Assembly (NCBI GenBank): GCA_039024555.1
Contig: JBCCQQ010000036.1
Location: 1-61,528, forward strand
DNA from: Cyanobacteria bacterium P01_D01_bin.156
GTDB lineage: Bacteria; Cyanobacteriota; Cyanobacteriia; Phormidesmidales; Phormidesmidaceae
Length of the DNA stretch: 61,528 bases
Direction: 5' to 3'
Below are positions 40,189-50,133 of the stretch, one piece after another. The translations under genes were made by a program, and so were the position numbers. Under the pieces are notes generated by a model that was not told the origin of the DNA, did no database searches, and saw only the letters and a program-made list of their open reading frames with translations. Numbering within the stretch: position 1 is the first letter of the stretch; every line of letters begins with the position of its first letter.

Positions 40189-41547
40189 TTGGCAGATGCG
40201 ATCGCAATTTACCTAGTCACCCCGGAGGAGCTGCAAAGCGACCATACCGACAGTGTTGTTTGGTGCCAAGCTTCGGGATTTTCAGGTAAAGCAGGCACTG
40301 TGTGTTTAGTACCGGGTGCTACTGGAAAAATTGCCAAGGTCTTAGTTGGCAAACCCGACACTCTAGACACCTGGACTCTTGCAGATCTCCCCAAAAAGCT
40401 GCCACCGGGGGCCTACCAGCTAGACGCTAGCTTGTCCGATCAAGAGGCCACCAAGCTGTATTTAGGATGGCAGCTTGGTAGTTACAGCTTTGATCGCTAC
40501 AAACTGACCAAAGCTGGATTACTAGCAACTTTAACGGCTCCAGAGAATGCTGATTTAGAGTATGTACACAGTGCCACAGATGCCACATATTTAGTACGCG
40601 ATCTCATCACCACGCCAGCCAATAACATGGGACCTGAGCAGCTAGAAGAAACTGCTCGCCATCTAGCAGATAGTCACAACGCACAAATCAGCGTCATTGC
40701 CGGGGGAGACCTGGTGGTCGAAAACTATCCAATGATCTACGCCGTGGGCAAGGCTAGCACCCGTGCCCCACGACTCATCGATTTACGTTGGAGTGCTCCA
40801 GAACTCGCATCAGACGCACTCAAAATCACCCTCGTTGGTAAAGGAGTTTGCTTTGATAGCGGTGGTCTCGATATTAAGTCGGCTGCAGGCATGAAGCTCA
40901 TGAAAAAAGACATGGGGGGCGCAGCCCAAGTCCTAGGATTAGCCAAAATGATTATGGCTATGGTGTTACCGGTCCATCTGAGAGTAATGGTGGCTGCCGT
41001 GGAAAATAGCATTGCAGGTAACGCCCTCCGACCATTAGATATTTTGACGTCTCGCAAAGGCACCACTGTTGAAGTCGGCAATACCGATGCGGAAGGGCGT
41101 CTTGTTCTGGCAGATGCCCTTTGGGAAGCCAGTCGGGAGAACCCGGACCTTTTGATTGATTGCGCGACTCTTACCGGAGCTGCGCGTGTAGCCCTTGGCA
41201 CTGAACTACCCGCATTTTTCTGCAACGACGACCCAACCACATTAGGTTTGTTAAATGCTGGGCGGACAATGGACGATCCCTTATGGAATCTTCCCCTTCA
41301 TACGCCCTACCGATCGATGTTGGATAGCCCAGTAGCGGATATGAATAATATTGCTAGTAGCTCCTATGGTGGAGCTATTACAGCCGCACTATTTTTACAA
41401 GAGTTTATTCAGCAAGCAGAGATTCCTTGGATTCATATGGATCTCATGGCCTACAATCTGCGCAGCTTACCCGGTCGTCCTGAAGGCGGAGAAGCCATGG
41501 GCATGAGAGCTCTCTTTGAGCTAATCAAACAAAAAATAGGGCTATAG
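40189..41547 (+). CDS. Leucyl aminopeptidase, M17 family (PepB-like)
   Basis: GKGVCFDSGG, MKKDMGGAA, NTDAEGRLVLAD and ATLTGA; TTG start at 40189 after GGAGG is inferred. Confidence 0.92.
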   Translation: MADAIAIYLVTPEELQSDHTDSVVWCQASGFSGKAGTVCLVPGATGKIAKVLVGKPDTLDTWTLADLPKKLPPGAYQLDASLSDQEATKLYLGWQLGSYSFDRYKLTKAGLLATLTAPENADLEYVHSATDATYLVRDLITTPANNMGPEQLEETARHLADSHNAQISVIAGGDLVVENYPMIYAVGKASTRAPRLIDLRWSAPELASDALKITLVGKGVCFDSGGLDIKSAAGMKLMKKDMGGAAQVLGLAKMIMAMVLPVHLRVMVAAVENSIAGNALRPLDILTSRKGTTVEVGNTDAEGRLVLADALWEASRENPDLLIDCATLTGAARVALGTELPAFFCNDDPTTLGLLNAGRTMDDPLWNLPLHTPYRSMLDSPVADMNNIASSSYGGAITAALFLQEFIQQAEIPWIHMDLMAYNLRSLPGRPEGGEAMGMRALFELIKQKIGL

Positions 41548-41696
41548 CAACAACTAAATCATTAAGCAAGATTTTCTGAATACTTCTCTCACCTAATTTA
41601 GTTGGCGAGAGAACAATTTTTCGTTACATTTATTTATAGGCACTACAGTAAAAAACATTAGCCGAAAGGGCTAGTGCATTAGAGGAGATTGTTGCT

Positions 41697-41882
41697 ATGG
41701 CCATTATCTTGGCAGTATTAATTGGAACTTGGCTGATCACTACTCTTGTCAGTTCTCAAGCCTATGCCACCAGCTCACACACTAAAGTTAACTCTGAAAA
41801 GAGTAGACCCGCTGGTGTTTTGTTGCCTGTACAGGCTAAAGTCTCGGCGAGCCGCAAGACTAATTTAAAAGTACCTGCATAG
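41697..41882 (+). CDS. Candidate small secreted or membrane protein (61 aa)
   Basis: AGAGGAG RBS, hydrophobic N-terminus ending in AYA, and a strong hairpin downstream. Confidence 0.5.
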   Translation: MAIILAVLIGTWLITTLVSSQAYATSSHTKVNSEKSRPAGVLLPVQAKVSASRKTNLKVPA

Positions 41883-41911
41883 GATTTACAACAGGTTCAA
41901 TCTCATATGCA

Positions 41912-41960
41912 CTAAAGTGACCTATCTCTGAAATAGAATTTCAGAGATAGGTCACTTTAG
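41912..41960. repeat. 23-bp perfect inverted repeat between convergent genes
   Basis: CTAAAGTGACCTATCTCTGAAAT-AGA-ATTTCAGAGATAGGTCACTTTAG, 2 nt from the mrpB stop. Confidence 0.92.
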
Positions 41961-41962
41961 CC

Positions 41963-42625
41963 TTACAGCAATCCTCGATAGCGGATAAAGGTAAGAATTG
42001 CCGCCCAAGAACCCAGGGCGACCTTAATAGCAACCAAAATATTCAGGACAGGAATCCAGCCACCACTCAACAACGTTCCCTGCTCACCATAGGGGAGAGC
42101 TAACCCCGCCAGAGAAACCACCGCCAAAACAATAAAGACCAAGACAGCAATCTTCTCCCAGACAGCTGCTCCCCAACGTTTGTAGATAGACTCCATCCAC
42201 TCAGGAGATGACGTAATTGCAACCAGCCCAATAGCAGTACCACCGGCTACACCCGCCGCAAATCCACCGCCAGGACTAAGATGTCCACGAATAGCCAGCT
42301 CCACTCCTACCAAAGCAGCGATTGTGGCTCCTAGCCTAGCCAATACAATAGAAGGGTGGTCTGTAAACTGATAGATTGCGCAAGAAGGCTGCTCATCCGC
42401 TAACAGAAAACGAACCCCCATAATGGCCAGGGTGAAAACAACAACTTCAAAAATTGTGTCGTATAGGCGGTTTCTAAAAATGATGCCTGAAACTGCGTTG
42501 GAGACACCAGTATCCTGTACCACCACTTCCACAAAGGACAGCTCAGTTGCATCAGTGACTGGATTAGGGAACACCAGCATTTTGATGTAGAGAGCAACAC
42601 CAGCAACAATATAAATCCACTTCAT
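41963..42625 (-). CDS. mrpB: Mrp Na+/H+ antiporter subunit B
   Basis: NAVSGIIFRNRLYDTIFEV and RGHLSPGGGFAAG. Confidence 0.88.
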   Translation of the reverse strand: MKWIYIVAGVALYIKMLVFPNPVTDATELSFVEVVVQDTGVSNAVSGIIFRNRLYDTIFEVVVFTLAIMGVRFLLADEQPSCAIYQFTDHPSIVLARLGATIAALVGVELAIRGHLSPGGGFAAGVAGGTAIGLVAITSSPEWMESIYKRWGAAVWEKIAVLVFIVLAVVSLAGLALPYGEQGTLLSGGWIPVLNILVAIKVALGSWAAILTFIRYRGLL

Positions 42626-42627
42626 GG

Positions 42628-43197
42628 CTATTTCCCTTTGACTTGGTTAGTTTGCTCTACATTGGCAAGCTTCAGGCTTACAGGCTGTTGTGAAAGTGCT
42701 GTTTGTAAAATCTCATACAGACGTTGCACACGGATTTTTAGATAGCTCGATGACGTTGACTGAGCCGCAAGAGTAGACGTCGGTTCAACTAACACTGCAT
42801 GGACATCTTTATTCGCCAAAGCTGAATCTAACGCAGACGGATGGGAAAATTTTATGACTTCCAATCGCAAATGCTTATTTTTGAGATGTTGTCGCATGGA
42901 CAACAGGAGTGCTTCGTAGGATGATACGTCACGATCATCGGTTTCTATGACTCCCAAGCGCATGCTCATGGAGGAGCGTACTGCGATCGCATACAGGGTA
43001 ATCGACAACATCGTACCCACCAGCGCCTCAGTCAGGGCTACATCCGCTGCTCCAAACAGGGCATATACTAAGGCCGCTATCGCCCCTAGTATTCCTCGGA
43101 TGACCAGAGCTTGATAGGGATTAACCTGGAAAAGCAACATGCCAGCCGTCACCGGCAACAGTGCCAAGATTGCAACGGTGTAGATGTCTTCAGTCAT
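42628..43197 (-). CDS. DUF4040 Mrp-associated subunit
   Basis: ALVYALFGAADVALTEALVG motif within the mrp operon. Confidence 0.85.
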   Translation of the reverse strand: MTEDIYTVAILALLPVTAGMLLFQVNPYQALVIRGILGAIAALVYALFGAADVALTEALVGTMLSITLYAIAVRSSMSMRLGVIETDDRDVSSYEALLLSMRQHLKNKHLRLEVIKFSHPSALDSALANKDVHAVLVEPTSTLAAQSTSSSYLKIRVQRLYEILQTALSQQPVSLKLANVEQTNQVKGK

Positions 43198-43199
43198 AG

Positions 43200-43481
43200 C
43201 TAACGTCCCTCATTTGAGCAATAGGCCAATACGTAACCCAAAACCGTATTCCAAATAGATAACGAAATTAAAGCCAACAACAACAGAGGCCATTCCCGAG
43301 GGATTTTGAGCAACAGCCCCACAATGATGAGCATTGACCCCAAGGTGTCGGACACGGAAAGGCTATGAAGCTTAAAGAGGACAGAACGGCTGCCTAGGAG
43401 CGGTAACGTCCCCCAAAACCAAAAAATGAGGCCAAGCCCCATGCAGCCATAGCTAATAACACTGCTTAATGTTGCCATCAT
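43200..43481 (-). CDS. mrpG: Mrp subunit G
   Basis: KLHSLSVSDTLG with three hydrophobic segments. Confidence 0.82.
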   Translation of the reverse strand: MMATLSSVISYGCMGLGLIFWFWGTLPLLGSRSVLFKLHSLSVSDTLGSMLIIVGLLLKIPREWPLLLLALISLSIWNTVLGYVLAYCSNEGR

Positions 43482-43729
43482 AGTTCATTCACCCGCTTCA
43501 ATACATGAGCCAACAACATTAGAGACGCATTGCCAACACTTAAAATCAGTACTCCAACCACGCCAATCATCCAGTCATCTCGCAGAATAGACAGAATCAG
43601 AATCATGACAGATGTCTTGGTGGCAATACTGGCAAAAGCCAACATTTTTTGCCAAATATCATCATCTTGCCAAGCTTCATAAATCGGGATGAGTAATATC
43701 CCAATCATGACCAGGAGAATACTATTCAC
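43478..43729 (-). CDS. mrpF: Mrp subunit F-like protein
   Basis: 83-aa hydrophobic ORF between mrpE and mrpG, with 4-nt overlaps on both sides. Confidence 0.65.
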   Translation of the reverse strand: MNSILLVMIGILLIPIYEAWQDDDIWQKMLAFASIATKTSVMILILSILRDDWMIGVVGVLILSVGNASLMLLAHVLKRVNEL

Positions 43730-44124
43730 GATTGCTTCCTCCGCTCAATCTGATGCACCTCATACCAGCCATCCTCACGACATTTGAGCACAATGGTTTT
43801 AGGGGTAAACGTAATCAAAAAGATGTCAAGAAAGATCAACCCTGGTGTGCGAAATGGACGAATGCGCTCACGGGTAACACTCTCGTAAAGATGAGGCCGC
43901 ACCATAATTTCAATGGCTTCATAGTAGGCTTTAGGAATCGCTAAAATAATCTCCCACAGCACACGTAGCCATTCCTTTAGCCAGCGCTTAAAGGAAGCAG
44001 GCAGCTTGTACCGACCAGGAATTAACAACGCCACACAGATGCCAATCGCAATATTAGCGAGACTTAAGTCCGCTGTGAGTAAAAACCAAATGGTCAGCCG
44101 TAGTAATAAATCTGCAAAACTCAT
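43726..44124 (-). CDS. mrpE: Mrp subunit E
   Basis: IWFLLT and LITFTPKT...EVH. Confidence 0.85.
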   Translation of the reverse strand: MSFADLLLRLTIWFLLTADLSLANIAIGICVALLIPGRYKLPASFKRWLKEWLRVLWEIILAIPKAYYEAIEIMVRPHLYESVTRERIRPFRTPGLIFLDIFLITFTPKTIVLKCREDGWYEVHQIERRKQS

Positions 44125-45557
44125 TACACAATCACCATCGTAAACAGCAACACCAACACCAGGCTCATTGTGCCGACCAGATGTTCAAACTTCTCAGCAG
44201 TCCGTGGCAGCTCTAGTTTTGTAAAGCGCATAGCAACTGCATAGATGAGCCAGCCTGCAGCGAGCACCAGCAATGCTTTGAGCACATTAGGTAGCGTGTA
44301 GGTTTCTAAGGAGAAACTATTGGCAGCGACTAAACCCGTTAGTAACAGCCCTGATGCTGTTAACAGATGAGATGGAACATATATCTTAAACGTGTTCTTA
44401 AAAGGCAGAAAAATAAACTTGGCAAAGGCAATAGCAGTACCAACTGCGGCGATGGTCAGCCCCACAGAATGCCAAGGAGCTAAGGATTTTAATGTGAGTG
44501 TCTTGGCCCCAAACCCCGTGAGCAATGGAAACCCGGCAATGGAAAGACTGGCAGCCGTGACGATGCCCCAACTAGACAGGGGCATCGGTGATTGCCGTAG
44601 CTTCTCAAAGCTACGACTGGGCAAATTACCCGCCATCAGAAACAAACAAGCTTTTGCAAGACCGTGACTGAGGGCATAAATACCTGCCACAGGAGGAGCT
44701 GCCAGCACAAAACCAATCTGAGAGATCGTGCTGGAAGCCAGCATGCGTTTCGTGTCTTTCTCAAAAATGGCGTAGGTCACACCCAGCAGCGCTGTCGCTA
44801 CGCTCATGATTGCCAATATAGGCTGCAGATTATCCACCAGCAGAGCACATCTCACCAGAGGAAAAACACCCGTTTTCACAACGGTGCCAGATAGCATGGC
44901 CGACACAGGCGTGGCTGATTCGGAGTGAGTCAGAGGCAGCCACAAACCTGACACAAATATTCCGCCCTTGGTCAATAAGCCCAGAAAAATTAGTGCGATC
45001 GCATCTGTTGGAGCCTGCTGTAACCCTTCATAGGCAAACGAATTATTTGCCTGATATACCAACACGGCACCAATCAGATAAAACAGCATGGCAGTGTTAC
45101 TAATAAAGAGATAGCGTAACCCCACCCATACTGATCGGTCAGTTCGGGGGTAAGCAATCAACAAAAAGGCAGCAATGCCAATCACTTCTAAAGCCACATA
45201 AAGGCTCATGAAATCAGCACAGATAAACACTGCATTTACACTGCCGTGTAACACCGTCAGCTGGGTGAAAAAGAAGGCTGATTTCTCCTGTTTCCAACAG
45301 TAAAGAACGACTGCAGCCGTTACCAGAGCATTTCCCAATATGAACTGGCCACTGAGAGAGTCTGCCAACAAGCTGACACCAAAGCTATCCAGCAGCTGTA
45401 ATTGCAGAGGTTCTGGTTGATAAATCAACGTTAGGCCATAGGCCATGGAAACAAGCGCCACACCTAACGCTAGATAGCGCGCCAACGTCGGCAGCAAATA
45501 AATACTAAATCCTACAAAGAGGGGAATGGCGATAGAAACAATCGTAAATTCCGTCAT
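44124..45557 (-). CDS. mrpD: Mrp subunit D
   Basis: DFMSLYVALE, WLPLTHSES.TPVSAMLSG.VVK, DTKRMLA.STISQ and HGLAK. Confidence 0.88.
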   Translation of the reverse strand: MTEFTIVSIAIPLFVGFSIYLLPTLARYLALGVALVSMAYGLTLIYQPEPLQLQLLDSFGVSLLADSLSGQFILGNALVTAAVVLYCWKQEKSAFFFTQLTVLHGSVNAVFICADFMSLYVALEVIGIAAFLLIAYPRTDRSVWVGLRYLFISNTAMLFYLIGAVLVYQANNSFAYEGLQQAPTDAIALIFLGLLTKGGIFVSGLWLPLTHSESATPVSAMLSGTVVKTGVFPLVRCALLVDNLQPILAIMSVATALLGVTYAIFEKDTKRMLASSTISQIGFVLAAPPVAGIYALSHGLAKACLFLMAGNLPSRSFEKLRQSPMPLSSWGIVTAASLSIAGFPLLTGFGAKTLTLKSLAPWHSVGLTIAAVGTAIAFAKFIFLPFKNTFKIYVPSHLLTASGLLLTGLVAANSFSLETYTLPNVLKALLVLAAGWLIYAVAMRFTKLELPRTAEKFEHLVGTMSLVLVLLFTMVIV

Positions 45558-45901
45558 GGTGTATTGCTCCTTTCGATTTCAGACACCTCAAGGGTGGGGT
45601 TGTCCCGCGCCAGCTTCATCACCCCCACCAGCATCAATGCCTGAATCGAGAAACCAATCACAATCGCTGTCAAGATCACCGCTTGGGGCACCGGATCTGC
45701 ATAGGTCACATTACTTTTTTCAGGATCCACAATCGGTGTAAATATTCCTTTGCGGGCAGCGACTAAGACATAGCAAGCAATAACTCCAGTGCTCATTACA
45801 TCCATAGAGAGAATCTTCATCATCAGATTCTTCTTCCAAAGGATGCCAAAAAAACCACCCATGACCGTAGCAAAAATACAGGCTTCAAGAACAGCAGTCA
45901 T
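45554..45901 (-). CDS. mrpC: Mrp subunit C
   Basis: NLMMKILSMD and DPVPQAVILTAIVIG. Confidence 0.9.
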   Translation of the reverse strand: MTAVLEACIFATVMGGFFGILWKKNLMMKILSMDVMSTGVIACYVLVAARKGIFTPIVDPEKSNVTYADPVPQAVILTAIVIGFSIQALMLVGVMKLARDNPTLEVSEIERSNTP

Positions 45902-45994
45902 TATGTTGGATAAAGCGCACTAATGGGACTAATGGAATTAGTGCTGCTCATGCTGAGCACAAGCAGCAGCTAATCATTTGAAAATGTGTTGAAG

Positions 45995-47413
45995 CTAATC
46001 TGCTGCAGACGCTACCTGAGCAACGGACACTTCTGAATCATCGGCCTCTCCCTTAAGCGCCAGCTGCAACAAGGGTGGTGCTAGGAATGTTGTGAGAATG
46101 ACCATCACAATAATTGCGGCTTCTAACGGACGATCCAAAACACCGCTGGCAGAACCAATCCCGGCAAATACTAGACCAACCTCACCGCGAGGCACCATAC
46201 CGACACCGATGGCCAAGCGATTGATGCCCGGCTGGCCAAACACAGCCCAACCAGTGACAACCTTACCAATCACAGCCACCGCAATTAGAAAAGCAGCAAT
46301 AATGAGTCCTTCCCGGTTCTCAACCACCATCGGATTCAGAACACTCAGGTCAGCCTTAGCGCCCACAGTCACAAAGAAAATGGGAACAAGAATGTCGGCA
46401 ATCGGCATAATCTGCTGATCCAACTCATTCCTCTTGTCAGTCTCATCCAATACTAGACCAGCGGCAAATGCTCCCAAGATAGCTTCTAGATGAATGGCAC
46501 TAGCCAAACACGCCATGACCAGGGCAAAGGTAAATGCAGGAATCAGGAAAGCACCGCGGGTCTGCAGCTTGGCTGCAATTGTTTCAAAACCTGTGTTGAA
46601 AAACTTACCTAATAGGATGGAACCCAACAAAAATCCAGTGGCACTAGCAATTAGGAAAACAACGTTTAGTAAATCAACCTCACCTGTTTTAGCTAGACTG
46701 GCCACCACCGCAAGCACAATAATGCCTAAGACATCGTCAATTACGGCTGCACCGACAATGATTTGTCCTTCCGTTGACTTCAGATGACCCAGCTCAGCCA
46801 ATACTTTTGAGGTAATACCGATGCTCGTGGCCGTCAGCGCTGCTCCAGCAAAAATCGCAGGGATAACAGGGGCATGAAAAATCGAAATCAAACCAACGGT
46901 GCCAAGGGCGAAGGGGACAACAACACCCACAACAGCGACCACGGCTGCCTGAGCACCCACCTTGCTCAGCTCTCGTAGGTCTGACTCTAAACCAATTTCA
47001 AATAACAGAACAATGACACCCAGCTCAGCCAGTACCGAAATTACTTCACTCTGGCTTTCGAAGACATGGAGGGCAGTCTCTGTATCCAAATGCCCCATCC
47101 ATTGAACAATGCGGGCAATCAATGAATCGGTCACTGCCGCTGTGTTCTCGGGAAACATGATTAGGTGAAGGAAGGAAACACCCACCACCACACCACCGAC
47201 TAATTCCCCAAGCACCGGGGGTAAATCCAAACGTTTAGAGAGTTCTCCACCTAACTTGCTGGTGGCGTAGACCGTGATTAAACTAACGAGAACACTCATT
47301 AGAATAAACGGACTGGCATCAGTTGGAGCCGCTTCTGCAATGACCCAGGGCGTTGACATCCCAGCATCGACTATAGGGTTGAATGAAAATATTGACATGC
47401 CGTTAAAAAACAT
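45995..47413 (-). CDS. nhaS3: CPA2 Na+/H+ antiporter (NhaS3-like)
   Basis: LLFEIGLESD, TATSIGIT, GAAVIDDVLG, LGAFAAGL and GMVPRGEVGL; exact start uncertain. Confidence 0.85.
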   Translation of the reverse strand: MFFNGMSIFSFNPIVDAGMSTPWVIAEAAPTDASPFILMSVLVSLITVYATSKLGGELSKRLDLPPVLGELVGGVVVGVSFLHLIMFPENTAAVTDSLIARIVQWMGHLDTETALHVFESQSEVISVLAELGVIVLLFEIGLESDLRELSKVGAQAAVVAVVGVVVPFALGTVGLISIFHAPVIPAIFAGAALTATSIGITSKVLAELGHLKSTEGQIIVGAAVIDDVLGIIVLAVVASLAKTGEVDLLNVVFLIASATGFLLGSILLGKFFNTGFETIAAKLQTRGAFLIPAFTFALVMACLASAIHLEAILGAFAAGLVLDETDKRNELDQQIMPIADILVPIFFVTVGAKADLSVLNPMVVENREGLIIAAFLIAVAVIGKVVTGWAVFGQPGINRLAIGVGMVPRGEVGLVFAGIGSASGVLDRPLEAAIIVMVILTTFLAPPLLQLALKGEADDSEVSVAQVASAAD

Positions 47414-47569
47414 AGATAACCTCTTTAGTTCAGAGTTTCAGAATGCTTTTTGGGCAGTTACTGATTCAAGCTAGTGCTAATCTGCAAGGTTGTCTTTCAA
47501 GTGGCAAACCAACATCGGTCCTCAAATCAGTAATGCCTGTTTTCTAATCACGTTTCTTAAATCGTGTTG

Positions 47570-47779
47570 CTATTTTCGTAGGGCACTCAGCTGTAACCAA
47601 CCGATGGCAACTGCGCCCATGGTGAGCTGGAGTGCACTAGGTACCAAGGAGAATCCCCACATGCCGCTTAGCAAACCAATGATATAGAGTGCGATCGCAT
47701 GCACTTCATCTTGGCGATATAACCGGTAACCTAGTGCAACCATCGTGAGAGCAAACACTATCCAAATCAAAGGTTGCAT
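47570..47779 (-). CDS. Small membrane protein (69 aa) in the bicA operon
   Basis: Strongly hydrophobic; purine-rich RBS; starts 16 nt after the bicA stop. Confidence 0.65.
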   Translation of the reverse strand: MQPLIWIVFALTMVALGYRLYRQDEVHAIALYIIGLLSGMWGFSLVPSALQLTMGAVAIGWLQLSALRK

Positions 47780-47795
47780 AGCTCTCTTCTAGCGA

Positions 47796-49490
47796 CTATC
47801 CAGTAACAGTAGCTGAGTCTGCAGGTATAGACGTGTCCAATCCTGTTGGATAAACCTGACTTACGGCTTGACGCAGTGCTTCAGACCGTTCTGTAAAGAA
47901 GCTGGAAGGTGGCACAACATCAAAGATTTTGAGAGAAGCAAGACGACGCTTAGTTTGACCAGCTGCTCCCACAACATACACATGGCGACCTTTCTCAACC
48001 GCCTCTTCAATCGCACTTTCAAGCGCTAAAGATGCAGTAACACCAAGGTGGGGAACATCACTCAAGTCAAAGACAACAGCATCGCATTCACCAATGGCAT
48101 TGTGCTCACGGGAGATTGCCTTAGCCACTCCGAAAATCATTGGACCGCTGAGCTGGAATAACAGAACACGTCCGTTTCCTTCATCCAACCAGCGTTTTTC
48201 ATCAGCAGACAAACGAATAGCATCATCAGCATCAGTGATGGCGCGTACCGACTCAGACCGCAGCTGACTCAAACGATCAATCGTGAGAATGTTAGCAACA
48301 AAGACACCCACACCTACCGCTGCAATTAGGTCCACTAGAACAGTCAGGGCAATCACGCCGTACATAATTAGCGCACCCTTGCGAGAGATTTGATGCGCCC
48401 GCTTCAAGAAGTCCCAGTCGATAATATCAATACCAACTTTGAGAGCAATACCTGCAAGTACAGCAAGGGGAATGGTAGCGGCTAGATTAGCTGCACCCAG
48501 AATTACGACCAGTAGTACAAAGGCACGAGTCAAACCAGACAGCGCAGTGCGACCGCCGGACTGAATATTAACCACAGTACCCATGGTGGCTCCCGCACCA
48601 GCGATACCGCCAAATAAACCGGACATCAAGTTACCCAAGCCCTGACCAATGAGCTCTTTATTAGAATTGTGCTCAGTGCGCGTCAAACTATCGGCAACAA
48701 CAGACGTCAACAAAGCATCAATACAGCCCAACATGCCAAGTACAGCCGCATCCATAAACATTAGTTGCAACTGATCGGGACTGAATGTGGGCACCTGCAT
48801 CTGAGGAAAACCCATGGGAATCTCGCCAATGCGACGAATATCCAGATTGGGGAACAGCATCAAAGAGAGAACGGTGCCCGCAATCAGTGCAACCAACTGT
48901 GGGGGAACCAACCGCTTAATTTTGGCAGGCATCAACCAGATAGTCGCCACTGATAACAGAGCTAAAAACGTTTCCGCTGGCTGAATATTTGCTAGCAGGT
49001 TAGGAATCGCTTGTAACGTACCGACCACACCACCGCCGGGACTGGGCTGCCCCAAAAATGGTGCCAGCTGCAGAATCACCAAAATGATACCGATACCAGA
49101 CATAAAGCCGGAGATTACGGTATACGGCATCATAGTGACGTATTTGCCTAGGCGAAGAACGCCAAAGATCATCTGAAATACGCCGGCCATCATCACAACA
49201 GTAAAAGCCATGGCCATACCGTTGTCAGGGTCTGTTGCCGTCAAATTAGCAATAACAGCAGTCATCACCACGGTCATGGGGCCCGTGGGCTCAGAAATTA
49301 GTGTGGGTGTCCCCCCAAAAAGGGCAGCAAAGAAGCCCACTAATACAGCACCCCACAGACCTGAGGCAGCTCCTGCACCAGAAGCAACACCAAATGCCAA
49401 GGCCATCGGTAGAGCAATTACAGCAGCGGTGACACCCCCAAAAAGGTCACCGCGTAAATTTCGGAAATGGATTCTGTTCGTTATCTGCAT
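47796..49490 (-). CDS. bicA: Na+-dependent bicarbonate transporter BicA (SulP plus STAS)
   Basis: MQITNRIHFRNLRGD start at ATG 49490; ISEPTGPMTV, GCIDALLTS and GAGATMGTVVN; STAS segment LSGPMIFG. Confidence 0.92.
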   Translation of the reverse strand: MQITNRIHFRNLRGDLFGGVTAAVIALPMALAFGVASGAGAASGLWGAVLVGFFAALFGGTPTLISEPTGPMTVVMTAVIANLTATDPDNGMAMAFTVVMMAGVFQMIFGVLRLGKYVTMMPYTVISGFMSGIGIILVILQLAPFLGQPSPGGGVVGTLQAIPNLLANIQPAETFLALLSVATIWLMPAKIKRLVPPQLVALIAGTVLSLMLFPNLDIRRIGEIPMGFPQMQVPTFSPDQLQLMFMDAAVLGMLGCIDALLTSVVADSLTRTEHNSNKELIGQGLGNLMSGLFGGIAGAGATMGTVVNIQSGGRTALSGLTRAFVLLVVILGAANLAATIPLAVLAGIALKVGIDIIDWDFLKRAHQISRKGALIMYGVIALTVLVDLIAAVGVGVFVANILTIDRLSQLRSESVRAITDADDAIRLSADEKRWLDEGNGRVLLFQLSGPMIFGVAKAISREHNAIGECDAVVFDLSDVPHLGVTASLALESAIEEAVEKGRHVYVVGAAGQTKRRLASLKIFDVVPPSSFFTERSEALRQAVSQVYPTGLDTSIPADSATVTG

Positions 49491-49880
49491 CGCATGCACT
49501 TGAAGCACCTCGCTTAGTTAAACTAAGCCCCCAAACTGAACAACCGGCTAGAACCAAATATCCGGTAGCACCTACGGGAACTGCATCTGACCTTGATTGC
49601 CAAATAGTCATGAACTTTAGCAATCAAAACTGAATTGACATTAATAAATGCAATTCAAATAAACCATTGATTAAAGTCTAGCAATAAAACTAAATCAGGA
49701 AAAGATATTTTCCAGTTATGAATTTCAATTGGACTAAAAAGTAGAGCTTATTAGAAGACAGATCAGTTTCAGCTGATTGCACCTCTACTTCTAGTATCAA
49801 ATGCTTTAGCGATTACTTGCGGTAACCCAGATACAGGCTTTCAGTACTTCAGGGCTACTCATCCGATGCGTTTCACATTG

Positions 49881-49902
49881 GTTGCACAACAGTTGCACAA
49901 CA
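49881..49902. repeat. 11-bp tandem duplication (GTTGCACAACA x2)
   Basis: Read directly from the sequence. Confidence 0.85.
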
Positions 49903-50133
49903 TTAGATAGCTTTATTATCAAGGACTTTAGAGAAGCTGTAAGTCTCCGCTCTGCTGCGATACGATAGGCGCACTCTTGGGCAGCAGGCAGTGTATGCCT
50001 AGCCTCTATCTTAAGAGACAGGCTTATAAGCTAGATCAACACTCTTACCAGCAGCCAAACCCACTGAAGTCCAGCAATATACTGATCTACTTCACTCCAA
50101 AACTGCTGGGAAACATAGGTCTCAGGGAAAAAC

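Noticed and set aside
49930..49980. tRNA or tRNA 3' fragment near GTAAGTCTCCGC
   Set aside because: No T-arm GTTCGA or cloverleaf; I found no tRNA or rRNA anywhere in the window.
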